Source: Cenarchaeum sp. (GTDB lineage: Archaea; Thermoproteota; Nitrososphaeria; Nitrososphaerales; Nitrosopumilaceae). From it: a stretch of DNA of 64,000 nucleotides. Positions within the stretch are counted from its first letter, which is position 1, and every line of letters starts with the position of its first letter. Below, piece by piece: positions 49,763 to 59,471 of this stretch. The translations under genes and the position numbers were made by a program. Location: assembly GCA_963693095.2 (NCBI GenBank), contig OY843768.1:96001-160000 (forward strand), given 5' to 3'. The notes under the pieces are model-generated. The model was not told where the DNA came from and made no database searches. It saw nothing but the letters and a program-made list of their open reading frames with translations.

Positions 49763-52335
49763 TCATGGCTCCATAATTCGTAATGTTTCTATTCCTCTGT
49801 CATCAATTATTTTAACTGCAATTTTTTTATTTGTTCCCAATTTAAACGGTATAGATAATATTCCTGAATATTTCTCCAACAAATATTCTTCAACATATGG
49901 TTTTAATGTTTTTGCTATTTTATTCCATGAGCTTTGTACATCCAACATTGGAAAAAATACTTGTTGTGGGTATATGCTTCGCCCATCATAATCTGTATCT
50001 AACATCCACATAGCAATACGCGTTGGATCGCCGGGTTCAACCTTATTTGTTATTGTATTGTAATAATCAAACTCCTTAACCATTACTTCCCATTCATTTT
50101 TTTTCTTTTTAAGCTCCACGTCAGGTTGACCTATTAACATGAATGATTCATTTTTTATTTGTTTATTTTTTAAATCACTCGTAAACAAATCGCCATTTAT
50201 CTGAGCTTTTAATATTACAATACCGGGCCATCTGAGTTCGTCTATGTCTTTTGCTGCTTCGGGATCAAACTGCAACGCTGCAAAAATCACCATTGCGGGT
50301 TTTTCGCCTAATTTACGAACCTCTTGTATCGCATTTTCAACCTGACGTTGTTCAAGAGGTGTATGTGCTGATCCAAACGATATTAAAACAGTTTTTGTTT
50401 CCTTTTCGTTTGTTTTAGCTTTTGCATGTAACCACCTGGTTGTTGGATGTGGATCTACACTTAGAAATTTTATTTTTTGCTTGTTTTTACCAACAATTCC
50501 AGTTTTTAACAGCTCTTGGCGCCAATCAGACTGTCTTTTACTTTCGTTGTTTTCTAGATCTGATTCTTTATATTGATTAACATACATTAGATCTAATGAC
50601 TTGGACGTTGGTGATGGTACTGCCTCTACTGTGAACGGGCCTGATACTCTCGTCTTTGACGAATCTTTGTCTGGACAATCGTACAAAATTACATTGTTGG
50701 GTTCTTCATCATGTGATATTGATTTTTGAGTTATTTGTTGTATTTTTTTATATGAAAATCCAGCATCAATACCTTGGCCGGGGTTTTCTAATTTATAATA
50801 TTTATAAGTCGCAGTCATTAATCTTCTTTTTGTTAATGCAATTGCCACGCGTGATGTGTCACATGTAATCCAACGTCTCCCAAATTCTTCTGCTACGAAT
50901 GCGGTTGTCCCAGATCCGCAAGTAGGATCTAATATGAGATCACCTGGATCGCTAGTCATCAATATGAATCGACGAATTACTTTAGCTGTGGTTTGAACAA
51001 CATATATCTTGTTTTCAAATCCCCCACTACTTGTGTCATCCCACATATTCTGGAGTTCGGCGTATTCAAAATCATTGAAATAGCGCACATATGATAACCT
51101 GTTACCATTTTTCATAATTCGATTTTTTGTGATCAAGTATTTCATGCCTTTAAGTGATGCCTTCCAATGACTATGCTGACCAGGTGTGAACACTTCACCG
51201 TCAAATATGAGAGAATCGTCACTCTTTGACTTGCCCGGAGATGTTGTGGCAGCAAGCCTATAAATTTTTGATTCTGATGGTATGCTAAGTGGGTTATCTC
51301 TTTGCTCCTTTGTCATTCTTATACGTTCGCCCTCTTTTAATTCTAAATATTTGTAATTCGGATCGTTGATGGGCAATTCTTTTTTTGTATACAGTTTGTG
51401 AGATTTTAACAGTTTTTTATTTTTTGCATACCATACAATATAATCAAACACCACTGAAATATGCGTACTTGTAGAATTTGATGTTTTTCTAAATGAGATC
51501 ACGCTTACAAAATTCTCATACCCAAACACTTCATCCATTATTATGCGTACATAATGCAAATTATCATCAGAAATTTGTACCCCACAACTTCCAGTTTCAT
51601 TTAATAGCTCTTTTGCTAAAATTAACCGATCGCGCAAGTATCCCAAGTATGAATGAATTCCATGCTTCCATGTGTCTCTAAATGCTGTCACCATTTCTGG
51701 TTCCTGTGTGAGATCATCATCATTACGATCTTTAACATTCATTTTATTTACAAACGGTTGAAAGTTTGACTTATATTCAATACCGTATGGCGGATCTATG
51801 TATATTGTTTGAATTTTTCCTGCAAAATTTTCTTTTTGTAATAGGGAGTTCATAACTAACAGAGAATCTCCGGCAATTAATCGATTTGACCAATTATGTG
51901 AATGTTGATAAAATTGCAATGCTTCTCGTAACGGAAGATTGTATTCATCATGATCAAAATGAAGGGTAATTTTTTGTTGGATGTGAGTCTCTGGCTTCAG
52001 AATTTTATCAATAATTGTTATAGGATCAATACGTTCATGTTGATGTAGCGACACTGTATCGATTTCAAAATTTCCATCTTTTTGCTTCTCAAACCAGACT
52101 AATACCGGGTCTAAATGAGGGTCATATTCGTATTTGGTTGGATCATGATCACGATCTGTGTTGGGATCAACAAGCCCTACGGGTGGGTTATTTGGTCGTG
52201 CGCTACTGTGATAATACTGCTGAATGCGTTCTCGTAGCTTGGGTTCTGACTTTGATGCTTTTGTGGCTTTATTTTTTGACTTTTTGCTGGGGGGGGGGGT
52301 CGTCGTGTTCCTATTTTCGTTTTAGTCAACGGCAT
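49763..52335 (-). CDS. mod: Type III R-M Mod subunit (amino-methyltransferase, probably N6-adenine), frameshifted at a C11 tract
   Basis: IYIDPPY and LDPTCGSGTT motifs; long frame open to 52321 without a start before GTG 52054; ATG 52335 joins it only with C9 or C12. Confidence 0.88.
52289..52299 (-). repeat. Homopolymer C11 (G11 on + strand) in the 5' coding region of mod
   Basis: + strand gct-GGGGGGGGGGG-tcg inside an otherwise AT-rich island. Confidence 0.95.
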
Positions 52336-52643
52336 ACCCCCACTATAACCACACGGCTTGCGTTGTTATATGTAAAACACATAGTGTTGACATACTTATA
52401 GAGTTGAGTGCTCCAATAGCATTCTTTCTGGGTCATTGCTAACGCCCACTCGCAAGTTATTTTCTATATATAGGTACCAGCGCATATTGGTCATATTCAC
52501 TGTGTTTTCTACAGGGTGGATGTGATTCTTCAGACGACTATTATTTCTGGCGTATTCTATGGTTTTACGTTTTGTCTGATCTGCCAGGGTAATAGTTCTG
52601 TACGCCTAGGCATTAATATGGCTCCCACCCGACGCCCGCCTGA

Positions 52644-53498
52644 ATGGCAAAGGCGACAGTCGGCATATCCATAGTCGGGCGTGACCACGAGGGAGTCGTG
52701 GCCGCCTTCACGTCATACGCGTTTCAGGGCGGGGCCAACATTGAAAGGATCACGCAGAACGTCATAAAGGGCCTCTTTGGCATGTACCTCGAGGTCTCAT
52801 TCTCCCGTCCCCCGGACCGCAAGTCATTTGACGCCGGGCTGCAGAAACTCGCCAAATCGCACGGCATGGAGGTCAGCGCGCACCACGAGGACGGCTCTAC
52901 AAAGCAGATCGCAGTCTTTGTGACTCGCGAGCCGCACTGCCTTGAGGCCATACTCGCCGCACAAAAGTCACTGCACGGTGGCAAGGTCGCAGTTGTTGTG
53001 GGAACCACACGGTCACTTGCGCCAATGTGCAAAAAGGCACGCGTCCCGTTCATGACCATCGAGGAGCGCAACCAGGAAAAGGCCGAGGCGCGACTGCTGA
53101 AAATCTGTAGGGAAAAGAACATTGACGTTATCGTCCTGGCCCGCTACATGCGCATACTCACGCCAAACTTTGTCTGGCGCTATCCAAACCGCATCATCAA
53201 CGTTCATCCCTCACTCCTGCCTGCATTCCCCGGCGCATCGGCATACGCGCAGGCGCACGAGCGCGGCACAAAGATCGCCGGAGTCACCACACACTATGTG
53301 ACCGAGAGCCTTGACCAGGGCCCGATAATCGCACAGCGCTCATTTGAGATTCGCGCAGACGATGCGCTTGAAAAGATAAAGGTTGCAGGCCAGAGGCTAG
53401 AGGCGCGCGCGCTCCTAGAGTCACTAAAGCTGCACCTTGCTGGCAGGCTCGAGGTTCGATGGCGAAAGGTTCACGCAAGGACGACACGGCGCAAATAG
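52644..53498 (+). CDS. purU: Formyltetrahydrofolate deformylase
   Basis: N-terminal ACT domain, VLARYMRIL, INVHPSLLPAF.GA, LDQGPII. Confidence 0.9.
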   Translation: MAKATVGISIVGRDHEGVVAAFTSYAFQGGANIERITQNVIKGLFGMYLEVSFSRPPDRKSFDAGLQKLAKSHGMEVSAHHEDGSTKQIAVFVTREPHCLEAILAAQKSLHGGKVAVVVGTTRSLAPMCKKARVPFMTIEERNQEKAEARLLKICREKNIDVIVLARYMRILTPNFVWRYPNRIINVHPSLLPAFPGASAYAQAHERGTKIAGVTTHYVTESLDQGPIIAQRSFEIRADDALEKIKVAGQRLEARALLESLKLHLAGRLEVRWRKVHARTTRRK

Positions 53499-54226
53499 CA
53501 TCAAAGGCCGATGCTGCTGCGCTGCGCGCGCTGCGCAGGCGAGTCGCCGTCCTTCCAGTCGGCGCAATAGAGCAGCACGGAGCGCACCTGCCTGTCTCTA
53601 CTGATGCCGACATTGCCACCGAGATATCTCGCAGGCTCTGCCAAATCTCCGGCTATGCGCTCCTCCCGACGTTCTCGTATGGCTCGTCACTCGAGCACGC
53701 GCCGCGACTCAACATGAGCCTGCGCGGCCCCACGCTGCGGGCCGCCGTGCGCGATATCGCCGCCTCGGCCGCTGACGCCGGCGCGACTGCGCTCATCGTC
53801 CTCAATGCGCACCACGGAAACAGGGCACACCTAGCGCGCCTCCCGGGCCGCATACGCGGCCACTCGGGCGGCCGGACGGTCCGCTGCATCGTGGTCCACT
53901 ATTGGCACCTCATGGACGCCGAGATGGGCCACGCCGGCCACACCGAGACGTCGATCATGCTCGCGCTCGGCTCAGCAGACATGGCCAGGGCCCGCCGCGG
54001 GTACGTCGAGCCGGCCTCGATGACTGCCCGCCAGAGGGCCGCGGCAGCCCGCCTCTCCTCGAGGTCGTTTCTGGCTGTCGCCAAAAACGGCGTCTGGGGC
54101 GACCCCAGGGGAGCCACGCGCAGTGCAGGCGAGTCGCTCCTCGCCGAGATCGCAGGCAACGTCGCTGACGAGTGCGCCAGGCTCCTGCGGGCCGCCCCAC
54201 GCACGCGCAGACGCCAAAAACGATGA
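53459..54226 (+). CDS. Creatininase-family amidohydrolase
   Basis: PVGAIEQHGAHLP..TD, SLEH, NAHHGN, HAG..ETS, NGVWGDP; start uncertain. Confidence 0.85.
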   Translation: MAKGSRKDDTAQIASKADAAALRALRRRVAVLPVGAIEQHGAHLPVSTDADIATEISRRLCQISGYALLPTFSYGSSLEHAPRLNMSLRGPTLRAAVRDIAASAADAGATALIVLNAHHGNRAHLARLPGRIRGHSGGRTVRCIVVHYWHLMDAEMGHAGHTETSIMLALGSADMARARRGYVEPASMTARQRAAAARLSSRSFLAVAKNGVWGDPRGATRSAGESLLAEIAGNVADECARLLRAAPRTRRRQKR

Positions 54227-54276
54227 AATTTTAATATACTACGGCCCTGGCCATGCGTCTTGGAGCAGATGCAGAT

Positions 54277-54513
54277 TTGTCCGTAGACATGGCAGTAAAG
54301 GTTCTCGATGAGAGCATAAACAAGGTGGTCCTGATCAAGATAAAGGGCAACAAGACGATCAGGGGCAACCTTTTGGGCTTTGACCAGCACATGAACCTCC
54401 TCCTCGACCAGGCCGAAGAGTCCGCAGCAGGCGGCGAGCCGGTGAGCCTGGGCACGATCGTCGTGCGCGGCGACAATGTCATAATGATATCGCCGTCACT
54501 CACGGAGGGATAG
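54277..54513 (+). CDS. Sm-like (Lsm) RNA-binding protein
   Basis: [23 protein letters not shown]; TTG start MSVDMAVK. Confidence 0.92.
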   Translation: MSVDMAVKVLDESINKVVLIKIKGNKTIRGNLLGFDQHMNLLLDQAEESAAGGEPVSLGTIVVRGDNVIMISPSLTEG

Positions 54514-54517
54514 GCAG

Positions 54518-54685
54518 ATGGTCAAGGGCACCACCTCTATGGGAGGCTTTACGCGCAAAAAGACCCACATCCGCTGCCGCAGGTGCGGCAAGAACGCGTT
54601 CCACAAGCGACACGGCCGGTGCGCGAGCTGTGGCTTTCCGGATCCAAAGATCAGGCGCTACTCGTGGATAAAGTGGTACACATAG
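54518..54685 (+). CDS. rpl37e: 50S ribosomal protein L37e
   Basis: Not in ORF track; [55 protein letters not shown]; follows Lsm. Confidence 0.95.
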   Translation: MVKGTTSMGGFTRKKTHIRCRRCGKNAFHKRHGRCASCGFPDPKIRRYSWIKWYT

Positions 54686-54689
54686 GGCC

Positions 54690-55613
54690 ATGTCCGTCGA
54701 GCTCTTTCTTAGCGCCGTTGCGGGGGCAGCAACGGCTGCTGCCGCCTCTAGGCTATCGCTCTTTCGCGCGCGTGTCCCGCGCATCGGCGCCAGCCCTCGC
54801 ATAGGCGCGCAGGTCCGCTCACTAGAGTCACAAAAGCGCATCCTCGAAAAGTCGATCGCGCGCATCAACACCGGAAGCATGGGACTGACCGATGGCCAGC
54901 GTGACGCGTTGCTTGCCAAATACCAGCGCGAGCTCGGCGAGATCGGCACGCGCCTAGAGGGCCTAGAGGAGGCCTCAAAGCACCCAGACCTTGGCGCACT
55001 CGGCGACGGTCTGGTGACCATTATGGACCAGCGCCTCTCCGAGCTCGACGGCAAGTTCGGCGAGCTCTCTGCGCGCATTGCCTCTGCGCAGGCCGAGCGG
55101 GCAGAAAGGCCAAAGCCATCGCGTCAGTCCACGCCGCCGCGCGAGGCGCCGCGTCCGGCACCAGTGGCGCCGCAGCCGCGCAAGACGCAGGCTAGCATGG
55201 AGCTCACAACGCTCACGCAGGTTCCGGCCGGTGCGGCACCGCAGCCGATTGCGCCGATCGCTCCGCAGGGCACAGCTCCTGCGCCGCTCACTCCGTCCCC
55301 GCAGCCCCCAAAGGCTCCTGACGTGGCACCACCTGTCGTGCCCGCCGGACCAATGACAGTTCCCGAGGTGCAGCCTGTGGTCCATCCGCCCAAGCCATCA
55401 ACGGTTCCGGACACGCCGCCGGCCACGACGGTTCCCGAGGTGCAGCCTGTCGTGCCGAGGCCAGAGGGCGCGCCACCGCCGCCACAGGTCGGCACGCCGC
55501 CCATAGAGGAGATCAACATTGACGATGATGACGCTGATGAGGACGACCTCGCAAAGATAAAGCGCGACATACTAAAGACGCTCAACAGGCTGGACCAGGC
55601 AGAGGTGGAGTAG
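54690..55613 (+). CDS. Hypothetical protein: N-terminal anchor, coiled coil, Pro-rich linker, acidic tail
   Basis: In operon between rpl37e and rpiA; TVPEVQPVV occurs twice. Confidence 0.78.
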   Translation: MSVELFLSAVAGAATAAAASRLSLFRARVPRIGASPRIGAQVRSLESQKRILEKSIARINTGSMGLTDGQRDALLAKYQRELGEIGTRLEGLEEASKHPDLGALGDGLVTIMDQRLSELDGKFGELSARIASAQAERAERPKPSRQSTPPREAPRPAPVAPQPRKTQASMELTTLTQVPAGAAPQPIAPIAPQGTAPAPLTPSPQPPKAPDVAPPVVPAGPMTVPEVQPVVHPPKPSTVPDTPPATTVPEVQPVVPRPEGAPPPPQVGTPPIEEINIDDDDADEDDLAKIKRDILKTLNRLDQAEVE

Positions 55614-56372
55614 GTGGCCTTTGAGAAGGCCATCGCAGCAGTGGCGACTGACGCAATGCGTTTTGTGAATGCCGGCGATACCATTGGACTTGGAAGCGGA
55701 AGGGCCGCGACTGCGTTCGTGCGCGCACTAGGCAAGCGCGTCGTGACCGACGGCCTTGACGTGCGCGGCATACCCACGTCGATGCAGATACGCCTAGTCG
55801 CCGAGGACGCCGGCGTGCCGCTCATCGACGCCGGCCAGGCCGCCTCGATAGACGCCGCCTTTGACGGGGCCGACCAGATAGACGCGCGCGGCAACATGGT
55901 AAAGGGCGGCGGCGGGGCGCTCTTGCGCGAAAAGATACTCATCTCGGCGGCGCGGCGCGTCATCATCATGGCAGATCGCACAAAGTTCTCGCGCCACCTC
56001 TCGATTCCAGTCCCCGTCGAGGTTCACGCGTCTGCGCGCTCGCATGTGGCATCGCGCGTGGAAAGACTCGGCGGAGCGCCGTCGATCAGGCGCGACGCGC
56101 GCGGCTATCCGGCGTTCACCGAGAACGGCAACATTGTCCTAGAGTGTGACTTTGGGACAGTGCGCGAGCCTGCCACACTGGAGCGCTCGCTGGGCCACAT
56201 CGCCGGCGTCATGGAGTCGGGCCTCTTTACGTCGCGCACGGCCGCAATATACAAGGCCGGTCCGCGCGGCGCCTTTGAGGTCACTGGAGCGGCGAGACGA
56301 GGCGCCCGTGCCCCGCCGGCCCGACGACCTCTGAGCCGTCGGCGACAAGCACGCCGCGCACAATCGTCTTGA
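55614..56372 (+). CDS. rpiA: Ribose-5-phosphate isomerase A
   Basis: IGLGSG, FDGADQ, KGGGGALLREK, TENGN. Confidence 0.94.
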   Translation: MAFEKAIAAVATDAMRFVNAGDTIGLGSGRAATAFVRALGKRVVTDGLDVRGIPTSMQIRLVAEDAGVPLIDAGQAASIDAAFDGADQIDARGNMVKGGGGALLREKILISAARRVIIMADRTKFSRHLSIPVPVEVHASARSHVASRVERLGGAPSIRRDARGYPAFTENGNIVLECDFGTVREPATLERSLGHIAGVMESGLFTSRTAAIYKAGPRGAFEVTGAARRGARAPPARRPLSRRRQARRAQSS

Positions 56373-57669
56373 CGGGCCAGCCCTTTAGCGACATCCCGTC
56401 ATAGACGCTATAGTCAGAGTGGCCGCCAAACATGGCGTGGTCGAGCCTTCGCTCTAGGCGCGTGTCTATTATGGCGATATCTGCGTCGAATCCGGCCTCG
56501 ATTGGGCCCTTTTGCGGCGAGAGCGCAAATATGCGCTCGGCGTTTGCGCTAGTCAGCTCGGCGAGGCGGTTCAGCGTGAGCCTTCCGCGGTTGAGTCCCT
56601 CGCTCAGCAAAAGCGGGAGCGATGCGCCAATGCCGGGAAATCCGGCAAGCGCGCCCCACACGTCGCTGCCTGCGAGCTTTGCGTCGCGCGTGTTGGCGAC
56701 GTGGTCGGTCCCTATCGTGTCTATCTCGCCTTTTGCGATGGCGTTCCAGACGGCATCAACGTCAGACTGCGAGCGCACCGGTGGCATGACCTTTGCGAGG
56801 TATCCATCGCGGCCCTCGTGCGAGAGCGCAAGATAGTGCGGGCACGTCTCGACATGTATGCGCGTCCCGCGCGACCTCTCGAGGCGGATCTGCTCGAGCG
56901 CGCGCGCCGAGCCCACATGCACAAAGTACATCGTGCAGCCGTGGCGCCTTGCCATCTCGCAGACGCGCGCAATTGCTGCGGCCTCGTACTCGGGCGAGCG
57001 GCTCTCTGACCACGCGCGCAGGCCGTCGTTGCCGGCCGCACGCGACTCGCGCATCGAGCACGCGCATGACTCATAGTCCTCGGCATGAACGCAGACTGGC
57101 AGGCCGGTCCGCGAGGCCTTTTTGACCACCTTGTCGACTAGCGCGTCGGTGACCTCGACGTCGGCCATCTGTGGTGCGCCGGCCCCGGGATCGAGATCCA
57201 TGTGAACGTGGCCAATCTCGCCGCCGAGGTTCATGTAGACCTTGAAGGACGATATTCCGGTGACTGCCGTCTCGTACATCTCCTCGGCCTGCGCGTCATT
57301 GAATATCGAGGCGTGGACTCCATAGTCGATGTGGTGGGCCTTTGCGCTCGCCTCGAGCTGGGGGCCAAGTGAGCTCGAATAGGGGTCGACCCTGCGCAGC
57401 ATGCGCATCATTGTCGTCACGCCGCCGATGGCAGCAGCATGCGACTCGGTCGCCGCAGCCCTGTCTATGGGCGTGTACACGCCATAGTGGACGTGCGTGT
57501 CTATGGCGCCCGGAAGCGAGACTAGGCCGTCGGCCCTAATGCGCGTCTCGCACGCCGGCTCGTCGGCCGTGACTGCGGTGACCTTGCCGCCGTCTATGAC
57601 GATGTTGCGGTCCATGACGCCCTTTGGCGTGATGACGTGCGAGCCCGTTATGACCATGTCGTGTGCCAC
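56281..57669 (-). CDS. Cyclic amidohydrolase (dihydroorotase/hydantoinase/allantoinase family)
   Basis: IDTHVH, GGVTT, SFKVY, VHAE, ETCPHYL, PPVR, GTDH. Confidence 0.85.
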   Translation of the reverse strand: MAHDMVITGSHVITPKGVMDRNIVIDGGKVTAVTADEPACETRIRADGLVSLPGAIDTHVHYGVYTPIDRAAATESHAAAIGGVTTMMRMLRRVDPYSSSLGPQLEASAKAHHIDYGVHASIFNDAQAEEMYETAVTGISSFKVYMNLGGEIGHVHMDLDPGAGAPQMADVEVTDALVDKVVKKASRTGLPVCVHAEDYESCACSMRESRAAGNDGLRAWSESRSPEYEAAAIARVCEMARRHGCTMYFVHVGSARALEQIRLERSRGTRIHVETCPHYLALSHEGRDGYLAKVMPPVRSQSDVDAVWNAIAKGEIDTIGTDHVANTRDAKLAGSDVWGALAGFPGIGASLPLLLSEGLNRGRLTLNRLAELTSANAERIFALSPQKGPIEAGFDADIAIIDTRLERRLDHAMFGGHSDYSVYDGMSLKGWPVKTIVRGVLVADGSEVVGPAGHGRLVSPLQ

Positions 57670-57839
57670 TGTGGCGCCCGCCTGCGCCTGCGTCTCTATA
57701 TTCCTTTTAGGCCGTGGGCGCGCCTGTGGGGCGCCCTGCGGCTTTTGTGCCTAATTCCCCGCCACGGGTGGCGATTGGGCACAGTTGCAATGGCAATCTT
57801 CATATAATGTTGGTATATGCCATCCCGCCGTTGGAATTC

Positions 57840-58001
57840 ATGGTGACAAGAAGGATTGTAAGCGGCGGACGGTCTGCTAGGCGTGGTGTCGGTGCCGTGC
57901 GCGCAGGCGAGGCCGTGTATGGCCGCCACGTCAAGGCGTGGCGCGCCATAGCGGACAGGGCGCTGGCCAAAATAGGCTGCACGGCGGGGGCGAGGCCCTA
58001 A
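57840..58001 (+). CDS. Micro-ORF A1 (paralog of 59115-59336)
   Basis: MVTRR...RHVKAWR; CATATAA box at ~57801; TAATG coupling to next ORF. Confidence 0.6.
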   Translation: MVTRRIVSGGRSARRGVGAVRAGEAVYGRHVKAWRAIADRALAKIGCTAGARP

Positions 58002-58249
58002 TGACCGAGACGATCACGCGCAGGCGCCCGCGGGTCACGTACCATCCCGACCAGGTGAGGCGCGGCAAGGACATACTCGCCTCGATGCCCGAGAAGGAGC
58101 GCGAGTGGTACCTCGCCAAGGTCAGGGACGGCACGTTCACGCTCGCCGAGACGCATGGTATGCTCGCCGTGGGCGAGTCCATGAGGCTCGGCCGCGAGGA
58201 GGGCACAAGGCGCCGCAACGTGCGCGTGGGCCTGGAGGCGCTGTCCTGA
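58001..58249 (+). CDS. Micro-ORF B1
   Basis: RPRVTYHPDQVRRGKDIL..M..KEREWY...GLEALS; paralog of B2 and B3. Confidence 0.72.
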   Translation: MTETITRRRPRVTYHPDQVRRGKDILASMPEKEREWYLAKVRDGTFTLAETHGMLAVGESMRLGREEGTRRRNVRVGLEALS

Positions 58250-58398
58250 TGGCCGCAAAGCTGGCGCGCGTGTGCTCGCACTGCCACGGCACCAGGCACG
58301 GTGAGTCAGTGGGCACGCTCAAGGGCGGCTTTCACTGGGTGCATCATATGTGCCTGACCGGCTACCTCACCGACCACCCGGAGGCGGTCGAGACGTGA
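58249..58398 (+). CDS. Micro-ORF Z1, Cys/His-rich (Zn-finger-like)
   Basis: MAAKLARVCSHCH...HWVHHMC; TGATG coupling; GGAGG upstream. Confidence 0.62.
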   Translation: MAAKLARVCSHCHGTRHGESVGTLKGGFHWVHHMCLTGYLTDHPEAVET

Positions 58399-58646
58399 CC
58401 CACCTGCCACCCACCACCAGGGAGAGGAATTTCCCCAGGGTAAAGTGGCCCGAGCAGGACCCCGAGGCCGTGAGGCGCGGCAGGGAGGTGCTCGCGCGAC
58501 TGCCGCCCGAGGAGCGCGAGGGGATCATCGATGACGCCAGGACAAACGGCGAGCCCGAGGACGTGATGCTCGCCTCGCTGTACGCCGCGTCCCGCCTGCA
58601 CGAGGCGCTCAACCCCGGCGAGGCCGGGCGGGAGGCCAAGCAATGA
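58395..58646 (+). CDS. Micro-ORF B2
   Basis: FPRVKW..DPEAVRRGREVLARLPPEERE; GTGA coupling; GGAGG upstream. Confidence 0.65.
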   Translation: MTHLPPTTRERNFPRVKWPEQDPEAVRRGREVLARLPPEEREGIIDDARTNGEPEDVMLASLYAASRLHEALNPGEAGREAKQ

Positions 58647-58876
58647 CCAACGGCGCCGAGTCCGTGGAGGAGCTGAACCCAAAGCTCGTCCCCGTCAGGG
58701 GCGACGACGACCTCATCGGTGGCGAGGGCACCGCCATGCACCACCGGTGCAGGATATATGGCTGCAGCTCAACGTGGCCGGTCGGCGACGCAAAGGCTTA
58801 CGACATCATCTACGGCCGGTGGTGGTGCCAGTCGCACGTGCCGGGCGCAGAGCACACCAGGGAGGTGTTGCACTAG
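58643..58876 (+). CDS. Micro-ORF Z2, Cys/His-rich (CxxxxC...CxxH)
   Basis: CRIYGC...WWCQSH; ATGA coupling; GGAGG upstream. Confidence 0.65.
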   Translation: MTNGAESVEELNPKLVPVRGDDDLIGGEGTAMHHRCRIYGCSSTWPVGDAKAYDIIYGRWWCQSHVPGAEHTREVLH

Positions 58877-59113
58877 ATGGCGGGAACGGCGCAGGTGCGC
58901 CAAAGGCCACGGATCATATACGACTCCGACGTGGTGAGGCACGGCAAGGCCATCTTTGACAGGATGACCGATGATGAGCAGGAGTGGTACCGTCGCAGCC
59001 TCGCCCATGGCCTCACGCTCGACGACGTGTACGGCTCACTCGCCGTGACCGAGGCCATAGCCCGCGGCAACGCGGGACGCAGCGTGCGCGAGGGTCTGGA
59101 GGCGATCTCCTGA
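58877..59113 (+). CDS. Micro-ORF B3
   Basis: RPRIIYDSDVVRHGKAIF..M..DEQEWY...VREGLEAIS; GGAGGTG upstream. Confidence 0.72.
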   Translation: MAGTAQVRQRPRIIYDSDVVRHGKAIFDRMTDDEQEWYRRSLAHGLTLDDVYGSLAVTEAIARGNAGRSVREGLEAIS

Positions 59114-59114
59114 C

Positions 59115-59336
59115 ATGGTGAACTGCAACTGTGGCAACGGTTCGGCTCCGCACAAGGTGTGGTGCGCCATCCGCGCCGGACAGCGCGAGAGGCGTGTGAC
59201 GCAGGCAGTGCGTCCCGAGAAAAAGATGACAAAGGCGCAAAAGCGGCTCGCAGACCATGACCGGCACGTCAAGGCGTGGCGCGAGGTAGTCGAGAGGGTG
59301 CGCAACAACCTGGACAGCAATGCAGAAAAGTCCTAG
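59115..59336 (+). CDS. Micro-ORF A2
   Basis: MVNCNC..H..WC...RHVKAWR; shares 19-bp CACGTCAAGGCGTGGCGCG with A1. Confidence 0.62.
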   Translation: MVNCNCGNGSAPHKVWCAIRAGQRERRVTQAVRPEKKMTKAQKRLADHDRHVKAWREVVERVRNNLDSNAEKS

Positions 59337-59471
59337 ACGGCCATCATGGCCAGCCTGCGTGATTGACTGCCTGTCAGATCACCGCGAGGCCAAAAAGGAC
59401 GAAACGGGGGCGAGAATGTCGCCCCATGCGCGCGCCCAAGATCGCAGACATGACAACAGTGATATAATCAT

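Noticed and set aside
52138-52401. Plus-strand 87-aa ORF over the mod 5' region
   Set aside because: Antisense to the conserved Mod N-terminus; no independent support
58273-58287. CxxCH heme c motif (CSHCH) in micro-ORF Z1
   Set aside because: 49-aa ORF without signal peptide; a later HxxC-type pair fits a Zn finger better
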